Source: Iphione sp. A-MEVVRFRX5
Lineage: Eukaryota
DNA length: 64,000 nt
Assembly: GCA_976226885.1 (NCBI GenBank)
Contig: OZ320316.1
Span: 88,164,001 to 88,228,000 of the forward strand
Direction of reading: 5' to 3'
This document shows positions 1 through 11,534 of this stretch, piece after piece. The notes under the pieces were generated by a model, which worked only from the letters and a program-made list of their open reading frames with translations, searched no databases and had not been told where the DNA came from. Position 1 is the first letter of the stretch. Each line of letters starts with the position of its first letter. The position numbers were made by a program, and so were the translations under genes.

Positions 1-939
1 AACATTCATTTAATGGGCTTCATAGCCATTGCGCGACGAAATTTTGTTATTCGGCAAATAACGATTTAATAACGTGTAAAGCTTATCGAATGTTTGACAG
101 TATGTACTTATGACACATGGGAGACGAATTCCCTCTTGACAAACAATCTTGACGTACCTAATGCATGTTCTTGCTATGATGGTGAATACTTACCAATAAT
201 CACTTAAAATTAGACCAGCCGTGAAATGCCCCTGGCTCCGCGCGGGCAGCTGACGTGCCATTGCCCTCCATGCCCCTGGACCGCAGTGACCACTGCAGCC
301 GTCCATCAAACCCACTGGGGCGACATTCGTAGTCGTTCGTCAGACTGTGATGAACGAGCCTTAGACGGTCCAGCGACTGCCTTCATTAACCCGCCCCACT
401 CTCTCACCACCACCTCCCCATCCATGCTCCACCCTACCCCGAAATCTTCCTCCTCTGAACCTCATCCTCAGGCTCAAGCCTCGACCTTCGATACTGCGGC
501 CTTAGTTACAGGTTACACAGACATGCCCATCATTTGCATTTAATCGTAACAAACACGAGGTTAAACCATTTGGAAATGCGGGCGGATTGACCGGCCCCAA
601 CAGCTTTGCCAATCCAGCGATAATGACCTCCGTGTGATCTCGCTTTGTTCGTTGATTCCAGTAACAGGGACAAAGTCTGCGTAATCCATTGTTATTGGAC
701 ACAAAAGTAAAGGCAAGGCCGTTATGATCTAAAACCTTAGGTTTTATATATGAAAACGATTGTCATACTCACAAATATGTAAAGTGTCACTACAGCCATC
801 TGAGGCATTTCCAAAGCAAGATAAGCCTTGTCATAAGGGACAACAGACCACACTTGATTGTTTTCTTCCTCTCGCTCCCTCATCACACCCTCATTGGACA
901 CTTTTGTCACGGACCCTCTAAGCCTAAGTGTGACATTTA

Positions 940-1527
940 GCCCCCCACACGTTGCCACCTTCTGTCGCTAGCTTATACCCCCATCGCGCTCGTTACCGCA
1001 AAAATGCATGCGGCGAATTTTTGTCATGTTGCCATGGAAACCTGGAAAGACGAACGTCGCGTTCTTCGCCGTAAGAGCGTCGTCCGCCTCGGGTTACACT
1101 TGCAAGTAGAAGGTGACGGGGGGGAGGGAGCGCAGGCAAAATCTCACGCCCGCCTCCTGGCTTGGGCCATTAATCCATATAATTCTCATCAAGCTGTTTG
1201 GGCGGATCTAATTAGGGCGCCGGGAGGAGCCAGCCAAGCCCGCAGCAACGCACGTCCACGCGCCTGCGACTTCCGTCGTTGCCGGCCGACGCGCAACTTT
1301 GCTGATTGATTTATTTCCGGAACCCCAGACCCCAGATTTTGGCGGCCGGCAAACATCTGGCGTCTTCTTCTCCCCTAAAGTATTCTAGGCAGCTTTTGTG
1401 GCTTGCAGGCTGGCTGTCGGCCTGTTATTGTTTCGATTGGAATCTACACGTGTTTGAGTTCGTGTGTCATGCTCCTGAGCGGCGTTAAGCATCAGATATA
1501 ATTAAAGACTATCCCACTCTTTTACAG
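940..1527 (+). promoter_or_regulatory. CpG-rich promoter-like region with candidate non-coding first exon ending at a splice donor (CAG|GTAGGG, intron starting 1528)
   Basis: Locally high GC and CpG content, GC-box-like CCCGCC/GGGCGG motifs, an X-box at 1028-1041, then a donor-like site followed by AT-richer sequence. No transcript evidence. Confidence 0.4.
1028..1041. promoter_or_regulatory. RFX X-box motif GTTGCCATGGAAAC
   Basis: 14-nt near-palindrome, one mismatch from the canonical GTTGCCATGGCAAC X-box, lying inside a CpG-rich region. Confidence 0.6.
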
Positions 1528-2180
1528 GTAGGGTGTTCGGTTTGTACTACTCAGTGATATCACGTGTGCGTTTACACGTTTTACTCCAGTGTACTTGAGG
1601 ACGTTTCCAGATGATTTACGCCCGTCTGGGCGGTTCGACGTGATACATTGTGTGTTGCAAGGGGCAACGCACTTCGCCTGGTGTGGCCGACCTCCGACCT
1701 AACAGAAAACCATAGTTTATTCAGTTGAACATAAGTTCGGTGCACTCCTCCTTGACTCGAGCAGTCATTGGCGCTTTCACGGTTATGTCTGTTCTGCTAC
1801 GAACATGATATCCATATCATCCTAAGTTGTATAAATCGTAAACAGATTACAACGATTAAATATGATTGAAGCTACAGAGGTGAAAATATTTAGGGTTGAA
1901 ATAGTAGTCGTGTGTCTTCTATACATATTAATGTGGAATATATCACATTCATGTTCATGTGTATCTTACATTAATGAGCTTTAATTGGGCACACATCACC
2001 TTAAGGATTTTCTCCTTCCCTTTACCTGTACATCTTTCTAAATGTTATCGATTTCATCCTTACCTCTTTAAGGCCGGCTTCCCATGTGTACAGATTTTTT
2101 CCCATACTCAGTGCTCCTCCGGGAAAATAACTTTTTTTCCAGACGAGTACAAATAGGTGTTTTCCATGTTTGTGGATAGA

Positions 2181-2250
2181 ACACATACACACACAGAGAG
2201 AAAGAGAGAGAGAGAGAGTATGTATGTATGCATGTATGTATGTATGTATG
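2181..2250. repeat. Compound microsatellite (CA)n-(GA)n-(TATG)n inside MITE A
   Basis: Read directly. The (TATG)n part corresponds to the (TACA)n tract at ~22538-22570 in copy 2. Confidence 0.9.
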
Positions 2251-2388
2251 GAGGTCGAGGCATAGTTGTAGAAATTGAGCGCTTTTTTGTGGAGGTTGAG
2301 GCATATCAGTGGAGATTGTGTGGTTTTTCATTAAGGTTGGGGCATATCGGTGGAAATTGTGTGACTTTTCATGGAGGTCGAAGCATAA
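2251..2388. repeat. ~40-bp minisatellite (GGAGGTTGAGGCATATCAGTGGA...) internal to MITE A
   Basis: About 3.5 degenerate units, the reverse complement of the 40-bp units at 22331-22517. Confidence 0.8.
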
Positions 2389-3017
2389 GCCCCGGTTTCC
2401 ATACGTGCAGCGGTCTGCGTGTGCGTTGATGTGCATGGACGTGTGTCATTAACGGTATATAGAGAAACAGTGGAGGGTGTTCCATACCTGCAGTGCTCTC
2501 CGTGTGCATTGCTGTGCGTTGAGGTGCATCGCCCGTTTTCGGACCCTTCCCGTAAATTTGCTGCACACGGATGGCAACGCACACCAAAGCACTGGTATTT
2601 CCATCATTTTGACTCACTTTGGCTCACTTTGATGTTGATACCGCACATATCCACACAACATCGTTTTTTTCCCGAATTTTTCCACACATTTTTGCCGTTT
2701 TTTGGCCGAATTTGCATGAAATAAGCTGTTTTTTGGCCGATTTTGCATGTAATTCGCCGTTTTTCGGCCGAATTTGCATGAAATAGGCGTTTTTCGGGAC
2801 AATTTGCATGGAATTTGCCATTTTTCGGCGTTTTTTGCCGTTTTTCATATATTTTCCTGGGTATTCTCCCATCATTTCCCGCACTGTCCTGCAGGGTGTT
2901 GAGGACACGCCTGTGCGTTGCTGTGCGGTAAGAGAACAACGCAGACCAACGCACTGGAAACGCACGCGGACCTCTCCGCAGCTCACCGCACAGCAACGCA
3001 TGTAAGGAAACCGGCCC
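2389..3017. mobile_element. Nested Harbinger-like MITE (family B, copy 1) with internal TTTTGGCCGAATTTGCATG-type minisatellite
   Basis: TIRs GCCCCGGTTTCCATACGTG and (reverse complement) GGGCCGGTTTCCTTACATG. TAA duplication at 2386-2388 and 3018-3020. Removing the element restores a minisatellite unit of the host MITE (gaagcaTAAaggtggaaattgtg). Confidence 0.75.
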
Positions 3018-3042
3018 TAAAGGTGGAAATTGTGCATTTTTA

Positions 3043-3548
3043 GCCCCGGTTTCCTTACATGTGGTGATGTCCGTGTGCGACTCTGTGCGTTTCTGTGCAT
3101 TATTATCGGTCATGTTGATTTCAATAGGGGGTGTTCCTTACATGTGGGTGCAGGATGGTACGGGAGGTGTGCGTTGCCTGTTTTCAGTCCAGGTCTTTTA
3201 ATTTCCCACACATGGACACCAACGCACACCAATTTCTTCATATTTCTTCACAATTCTTCACGTTTTCCTTCTGGAGTTTTTTGGGTAATTTTCACCATTT
3301 TTCATGGCTTTTAGCATCATTTCTGTCCTGTTTCATCATTTTCCCCGTCATTTTTCATGGCTTTTAGCATCATTTCTGTCCTTTTTCATCATTTTTCCCA
3401 TCATTTCCTGCACTCTCCCACGGCCCAATTCCCGCAGATAAGGAACACCCCTGTGCGGGAGAGTGGGGGAGAATAAAAAATGCATACCAACGCACATGGA
3501 TGCCTCCCGTATTTCGCCGCACTCTCCCTCAGGTAAGGAAACTGGGCC
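3043..3548. mobile_element. Nested Harbinger-like MITE (family B, copy 2) with internal CATCATTT-rich repeats
   Basis: TIRs GCCCCGGTTTCCTTACATG and (reverse complement) GGCCCAGTTTCCTTACCTG, 16/19 match. TTA duplication at 3040-3042 and 3549-3551. Sequence after 3551 resumes homology to family A copy 2. Confidence 0.75.
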
Positions 3549-4789
3549 TTATGCAAACGATATGCACATTAAAAATATATCATAATATCTAACACATGCT
3601 ACACAGTGTTTTTGTTTCTTAAAATGCCTCAAACAACCTTTTATATACTTCTGGTGTGGACGTGCTCCGGAATCCAGATTAATTTACGGCCCAGGTTTGT
3701 TATCTGCCTCCAGAGACAGAGCATGGAGCACAGAGCCCACACACTTGGAAACAATCATTCTGAAAGCCATAGAATCATTTTTTCTGGAGCCCAGGCTCCA
3801 TGCTCTGGAGGTAATTTCTGTACGCATAGAAAGCCAGCCTTAGTATGCGTGTACGTGTGTGTACTCCCTTCAACACAGCTGTTAAGAGCATTTAGGTGTA
3901 TGAAGTGTTGGTGATGGTCAAGTTTACCCGTGTGAAATGGGTTTTCTGTTTTGTGCATATAATAGAGTATAAATAGTCAATGTCTGTCAGTTCTTTCTCC
4001 TACTACTTAATTAGATTTTTGCAGTATATTCTTGTGATGATCCTATACATATACACGTTAAGTTTGACCTTGTATAATTGAAGGGAGTACATGCCTATCG
4101 GGTATCCAATACTGTACGTGAATATTCGTTTGTTGTAGGTTGTTGAAAATTCAATGAGTGAGTTCATGTTCATACTGATATTGATTACTGTAGGCAAGAT
4201 GGTTTTTCGTTGCTCACTTGTTTTGTTGTAGCGCGTTTCGCGTACTGTAGTGTGAATAGCGTATGCTTATCAGTTGTAATCAATTTTCCCTTTGCTCGAT
4301 GTTAAAATATACCTGTGCTCATGCTGGCGGGGGTCTCAAATATATAAAAAAAATTAAAGCACCTCCTAGATTGACGATTCCAAAAGCACATGTTCCTGGC
4401 TGTTGTAGGAGACAATTTCAAGCAGGACATGTGAGCTTTTTAGCGTGACAGGTGTCAACCCCCTTGTCGGCAAGCTGGAGCCGAAATTCGGGTCTATCAT
4501 GTCAGGCAATTAAGTTAGTCCAAGACTACTTAACGTCTCAAAATAATTAATGGCCATCGCGCAGGCTTATGTCGGGCTCAAATGATGACAGGGCTTTTCC
4601 CGTCGGGGGAATAGGTGGGGGGTATTGGATGCAAACGGTGCGGCAACAACGAAACAACTAAGTACATGAAGTGGGCAGAGGGAGGCACTATTAGTTCACC
4701 AGAAACGTGAGCAGTCGGCTCGCCGGTCAGAATAGGCCGACATCACTGCGCAGAACATTAGAAGCAATGGTTGAGGTGGAAGGTCATCG

Positions 4790-5050
4790 CCCTGATGGTT
4801 GAGGTTATTGGGTCGCGGCCGCCAAGGAATTGATAATAACATCCAGCGCACCTGTTTTGCCTGTAAGAAGGCCAGTCGTAAATACCTTGGCCCTCTCCCA
4901 CAAGAGTACGGTGTGGATGCATATACTCATGTATGCACCAATTCATGTGTACCTCGAATGGTGCATATCCATGTAGATCTGCTTGTTGTTGAGAAGAACG
5001 GGAAATTGGAAGCAATCTGTCACTTCCATTCTGATGGTGACGAAGAGTAG
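4790..5050 (+). pseudogene. Degenerate BEL/Pao-like retrotransposon integrase fragment
   Basis: Translation LRLLGRGRQ..IQRTCFACKK..LGPLPQE.YGVD..VCTNSCVPRMVHIHV..FHSDG has the motif order expected of BEL/Pao integrase (W..GR..I..CxxC..MGxLP..TGVD..CLFTC..RAVHLE..SDNG), but it is shortened and poorly conserved. Confidence 0.4.
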
Positions 5051-8000
5051 CTAGTGTGGTATTTCGTACTAATCCACATCGACAAATCTTGCCGAACCAT
5101 ACGATATCAAACTGTATCGCTTCATGTGACCATTGGATCTAATGTACTCTGACCTGACTATACTGTAGACCTACGCCCACCCAGGTTCGTGTATTATGGG
5201 CACCTTGCATGACTACAGCATCACATTTAGACGTGATTTACTCATTTGGTAATCAATATACTGCTAAATCATTCACACCACTCTTCGTGATTGAGTCCAT
5301 AGCAACGTAATTGCGGACCATTAGGATAGATTTCTCGGAGTTTGGCCACCCGCCACCTCCTCTGAACTGTATGTACCGAATCATCTGCCAAGTCAACGCG
5401 AGAGGCCATCAGCAACTAAGTCATGGTATTCATATCATATCTCGCTTTGGCGATGTCAGGACAGAGGATACTAATGGCGTTTTGCCGGTCATTCAATAGA
5501 AAGATCCATGTAAATGTGCATTTTGCCCTTGGAAAATAGGAATTTTGTCAATAGTAATAAGTGCATAATAATAATCCATTGTCCTGGCATAGCATACTTT
5601 ATACGCCCCAAACCGTCTTTATGACATCTCATTATCTGAGAAACCTTCAACATCAAGCAGCTGCACGGAGGCGTATGTTAGGACAGTTTTAAAACTCAGA
5701 TGCGGGATTCAATGAAATTCTATGGCGAAAAAGCATTAATGATTTTAAAACGTTAAATGAAGCCAAATTTCCTGTTCTTATTTGATTTTGTTACAAACAG
5801 ATTTGTTCCATTGCTAAATGGATCCATAACCAGCTATCCGTTAAGGATGGACATCTGTCAGTGACATGGCGTACCATCTGCCTGCAAGCCGCAGGTGAAA
5901 CGATAAGAAGGAAAGCTCTTGTTACTGCTCAAAACGCCCCAGTTAGGATATAATATCCTGTCAACCTATCAAATATTTCGAATTCATTAGCACTTGACAG
6001 CAGGTAGTAAAAGGAGACTTTGTATTTCATGTAAGACTATACTCAACAACAATTTGACAATGCTGGAAATCTTGATACTTCTTTACTGCATACTCGAATT
6101 GACGGGCAAAATGTCACCCATGATAATTCATCTGAATCGGTGAACATTCACACTCTGAGATAGCTCAGATGACTAGGTGTGTGGACAGGTGAATTTCTAA
6201 TTTATTTCTGTATTGTTTGGAAAGGAAAAAATGTATCTCTGATATAAGGTAAATCTCCAAATCATTCCCACCATAAATATATTCGAATCTTCTTTGCCTA
6301 TCTACTAAGTAACAGTAAAAACATGTCCGCCAAATGTATAATGCTTTCATGTGCAGTTTATACAGATAATACAGCTCGTGTTGTTAACAGATTAAACATA
6401 TGACAAAAGGGTTAATAATAGCAGGAACACGCGTTTAATTTCCATTAATTAATCAAGTTTTCCCCATAGACATTCTCCCCCGAATCACTCAGTTGTCTTC
6501 GTGCTTTAAAAATCTGAACCCGCCTTCATGAACTAACTCCAGGAAAACGGTCTGTTGCAAACTGGTAGCATCGAAGTTGAGGCTTTACCTATATATAACG
6601 AGCTACGGGCTTCCCTCGGGCAACTTCCTATGCCGATTTCCCAAGTCTGGCACATTATCTAATCTGGGACGTCAGCCCTAACCATGCGTGGCAGTAGGGC
6701 GAAGGGCCGCTCCCGATTGAATGTGAAAGGTGGAGAGAGGTGGCAATGTGCTCGAGTGTCTCGGCGGGTCCTCGAACTACCACTTATCCCAGTGCGCTCC
6801 TAAGCAAAGCATCCGTACTACGGGGTCTTACAGGCGCAAATAACTGGCGTCAGTGCAGTCGCAGTAGTGATTATCATTCTGGATGTCACAGCTCGAGCGC
6901 CCTCCATGTCAGTTCCACCTCCAACTAGCGGTTCCTCAACGCGGCGCGACCATTACTCACGCCGATCGACAGGAGAACCTAAACATAGGTGGCGCTAGTA
7001 GTGCGCAGTTACAGGCGGACAGTTCAGTATCGAGTAACCTGTTGAAGACACATGCGATGCATGAATCGGCAATGATTAATAAATGTCTACGACCATGGCA
7101 TCGGAGACGAGACATTAACGATTAATGGGTAAGGCTTAGCAGAATAGCCTTTCATAGTACAGGGCTCATGGTACGCCTGCTAATTACTGGTTCATGATAC
7201 CAGATTTTCTTTCATATTGATATCAAATATTAAAATTATGTCTTCACTACTAATATTCGGGACAATGTATAGAAGTAACTAAAAATTGTTATTCTTTACA
7301 TTCTTAATTTTCTTAACATGCAAGCCACTCCATTGTTCTTTTTATGTTGACGCAAATTATACCTCCTGCATGCTCGTTCCAGCTTTCTTTAACATACAGA
7401 ATAGTGGTATTCACACAAATTGAATTACTTCGCCCTTTCGTGCGCATTAGGACAGGAGGCAGGGGAATGAAAGATAGATACTAAGGGATGGAGATACATG
7501 TAGCTGGAAATAGATTGGAAGCCCCAGGTAAACAATGGAAGGGTTAGCAAAGACTCATCGGCCTAATGGCGCCACTCATTACCCGGAACTGCATTAGGCT
7601 GATAAGAACACGTAGGTAGAGCTGCTCACAGTAGTCTCCGAGCTGGTCTTAATAGCTACTCAGATAATTTCCAATCCGATCTGTATCTTTAAAACTTCAC
7701 AGTAATAGGGCTATGAGTTACTAATGCTGTGCAAGAATCCAGCCCCCACATCTCTATTTCTCGATCCTTTTTTTTTCAGAGTGGACAAGACATTTTAATT
7801 CCCGTAAGCAATTCTTTCGATTTTTGAATTCTGTTTTATTTCAATTCCTCTCTCTGCCGCTCTATTTTATTTTCCTCCCTCTGAAGGGAGGGATCGGCCC
7901 ATTGATTTCGGTTGCTTTTCATGTCGCTATATGGGGTGCTTTTGGAAGCAGTGAACTGCAGCACAATTGTGGCCTCTCTGTGGGCTGCTCAGCTTTTCTC

Positions 8001-11000
8001 TGTAGCCTTGCTCTCGCATAAGGCCTTAGAGATCCGGCCTTCCGGCGCGTCTTTAATCAGACAATACCCCGGTGTGAGTTACAAAAGTCATTTCTTGTGA
8101 GGCCGGCTGGCACCGTGTGACGCTGGAAGCTGAGCGCTGCTGGGCGAGGCAAATCACAAAACCGCCCTGTACTCGGCCGAGTGGTTGCCCGAGAGGACAG
8201 CCTGTGGGCCTGATTAGGTGGCCGCCTCGTCTGTCAAGGTGATGAGCGACATCGAGTGCGAAACTGCCTGGTGCCTGAACCTTGCCTCACTTCAAAGTGT
8301 ACTAGACACAATGGATGGGATATAATTATTAACTGTAAGACCGATTCGATATTGCTGTTTTCCCGACCCCATTACCAGATCCCGCACAAAAGGTTTTTGG
8401 TCAGACTACTTTTCACATTCACTGTGTGAACCAGTATTATTTTATACATTTTTTTGTTTCATCTTACGTAGCGAAGGAAATAATTAATGGCACAATAAAT
8501 TCTTTGTGAAACAAAATCGTCTATAAAAAATACCTTGTTAAAAGCCTTCTTAAGAGTTGATGATGATAAACATTCTAAGAAAGGTGAGAGTGCATTTCTC
8601 TGATTTCTGCCCCACATATGGAGCGAACGGCACTGAAAAAAGGCGTTATCAGATTACAGAAGATAATAGAGTACAAGTAAAGACGGGGTTTCAAAGTGTT
8701 TTAATTGCAGGTTGCTTGCTGCAATTTTAATTCGCGCTCATGGCCGGGCTTCACGTCTGTGTAATAGCGAGAGGAAGTTTGATGAAAGCAGACCAGCATG
8801 TAGGTACAGCGACCTTGGATGTAGCCATGTGGAGCACCATCTGTATAATGGGATGATAAATGCACCCTTTGCTGACAGGGCTAGCTTTCATCCCGGTATA
8901 TGAGCGGCGCGCTCTACACAGCCATGTGGGACCCATATCGTCATTATATGCACGGAATAGAAATCACATATACGTATATTTGCACCACATAGAGGCATGT
9001 AAGAAAGACAGACGAAAAAAAGGTATTATTCTCTCAGTACCAGCACCTCCACAGCAGTAAACGGTATAGTACGTGTATAGCCAGGTGAGATAAAATCTCA
9101 AAAAAAATATTTCTGTTCGTCTTACCCTTATCATTTACGAGGACCATTCCTTTCAGCGGGCGGAAAATTACGCATTTTTAACCCTATTCTCACGTTAGAT
9201 GTTTGAATTAGGATACAACTTGCCGAGAGGGATGTATAACCTCAGGGATTTATGAGCTACTTTTTCTCCAATAGCCTATATCATCAAAATTTCCAGTAAA
9301 TAATCAACATGTAATGGTCAATATTTCATTTACATTTTTCTCAAGCAAAACCAGCTTTACATATACATTGCAACACAAACACATGTATGTGAATATTTTC
9401 ATTTTCATCAATTCATGTGTTCCGTATCTGGGACACATTCATGCAAGATAAGTGAAAAACATACATTCATATTGTATACAGCTCCCCAGTAGAAATGAAG
9501 TAATAAAATAGTATACTTGTACTCTTTCTAAGCACATGATAGGACCATGCTACTCGCAATCGGAAAATCTAAATGAGGAATCGTCGTTGCGGGATTCAAT
9601 CTTCGACGTGTAATGGTAATTTTCTAATTATTGAACCTTTTATAATAATATAACGTTATATGCGATCTTTCCCTATAGGAACACCCTAAATGTATCACAC
9701 TGCAATTGTATAATGATACAAGATCGAATTCTGGGAATGACCGTAGAAAGCCCTGCAATCATTTTATCTCTCCCTCGAAACGGGACATTTTACAGACAAA
9801 ACTCTAATTAGCTTCAATTGCATCTATAATATCCATGCTCTGGCCACAACTTTAGTGGTGCTATGTCGATGAGCTGCTAAAAATATCTTTATAGTTACTC
9901 TCATAAGTGATTCGTTTTACATGGACATAATTATAAGACCATTCATTCAGGTTTCAATGCCCTATTGTATTGCAACGTTTGTGGAGCACACTATTTATCA
10001 TTAGCTTCCGTTTTTCCAAATTACAAACTCCTTTTGTGTTTCTATAGCTTTAATAAATTGTCAATGAAATCATCACGTTTGCTCTATATATTCATAATTT
10101 ACCAACTGTAAACTGAGCCTAAATGAGTGTCGTGTGAGTGAGGGACACATATCGATCCATTTTCTCCGGCGTATCATACTTACCAGCGCCCGTATATCAG
10201 TAAGGCGACATAATTGAGAACAGGCCCACAAAACACAATTCCAGGTTATTTCAGCCCCGGCTTAAAGCCCTAAAGAATAGGATGATTTCCATGGGAAATT
10301 CGCGGCTGACAATTTGCTAGGCTTAATGATTGAGTAATGATGGGTCCATGGAGGATGGGCTCCTGCTGGACAGCAATCACACCAGGACAGCTGCTGCAGA
10401 CACCCTATTGTGTCAACATTTCACCCTCTCTGCGCCATGAAATTTTCATTTAAGTCGACACATTAAAATTAAATGACTGGCTTTTTATGGGTTGGGAATG
10501 TCGGTTGAATGCAAATATCACCAGACAGATGGTTCGATGTGTTACTGGCAGCCACGCCCAGTTTTGACTAATCCATCCCTCGAGGGGCCTCAAAAGTGCG
10601 ATTATCTGTCCAAGGAATAAACGTCTCTTGGGTACAACACTCACCACAACTCCGGACGTTCTTCATTTGTCCTTGCCTAGGAAACTTAATTCGGAAGTTT
10701 GCCAGGGCCAGACTTTTCCATGTGACAACATGGAGAAAGTTCCTGTCTCTTCTGCTTAGTTCCATCTTGTCAATGCTTACGTGGTACTTGTCAGACCGCC
10801 TTACGCAACAGCTGCTCTAATGATACGATTATGGCCATATTACACTAATGGAATTATTTGTAACAGACAGTAAGACTATTCGACGCAGGCTAGGCTGCTG
10901 GTCTGGTTTGCGTTATTTCACACCTGAGCACCTGCAATGAATGGCAGGCAAGTCGGAACGTGTGAACGCGGCGACTCAAACACCAGCAAACCACGCCGCC

Positions 11001-11426
11001 CAGATGTGTAGATCAGTCTGGCCAAACAGGTCATTTGTAGCCAGCGCAAAAAGTCTCTCATATAATTTAATACAGCTGCTTATCATTACTTCGGGGGTTA
11101 TTAATTGCAGCTAAAGGGCATCATGTGCCAGACACTAATGATTTAAGTGGTGCTTGACATGATGTAAATAGGGCAAACCTGTTCCAAACTACATACGGGT
11201 GGATATAGATTTAGGTCTTTGTCCTCTGCTTAGGGGCACCGAGTGATACCGGACTAAATTCGGCATGTACAGTGTATTGTAGCCGCTGCGTGCGGCTACA
11301 GCGATCCGGATCGTGCGGCTCCGGAGAGCCGCTTGGTGCTGAAGTAGGGAGCCGGATCGTGCGGCTACGGGGATCCGGATCGCTCGGCTTTGGGTTGGCC
11401 CTGGGGGGGAAGGAGTAGCACACTTG

Positions 11427-11434
11427 TATAAATA
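11427..11434 (+). promoter_or_regulatory. LTR TATA box (TATAAATA)
   Basis: Canonical TATA about 80 nt upstream of the poly(A) signal, consistent with a U3-R-U5 layout. Duplicated in the 3' LTR. Confidence 0.75.
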
Positions 11435-11505
11435 GGAGCCTCCCCCCAGGGCCCGGGGCAGTTGTTACCTGATACTCTTACTGTTCACTTCATATTTCTC
11501 TCAGC

Positions 11506-11511
11506 AATAAA
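11506..11511 (+). terminator. LTR polyadenylation signal AATAAA (functional copy expected in the 3' LTR, 20992-20997)
   Basis: Canonical hexamer followed by a TGTGTC/TGTCTT GU-rich downstream segment. Confidence 0.7.
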
Positions 11512-11534
11512 CCTCCTCTTCTATAACCTGTGTC

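Larger units (their letters stand above)
2072..3839 (-). mobile_element. Non-autonomous PIF/Harbinger-like MITE (family A, copy 1), interrupted by two nested MITEs
   Basis: TIRs GGCCGGCTTCCCATGTGTACAGA and (reverse complement) GGCTGGCTTTCTATGCGTACAGA, 19/23 match. Flanks are TAA (2069-2071) and TTA (3840-3842). Segments 3660-3839 and 2219-2388 are reverse-complement homologous to the 22003-22739 element. Confidence 0.75.

Noticed and set aside
2604-3113. 169-aa and neighbouring ORFs in 2068-3367
   Set aside because: Translations of MITE minisatellites; not coding.
6984-6998. Partial CTCF-like word in host DNA (TAGGTGGCGCTA)
   Set aside because: Isolated partial match, not distinguishable from chance.
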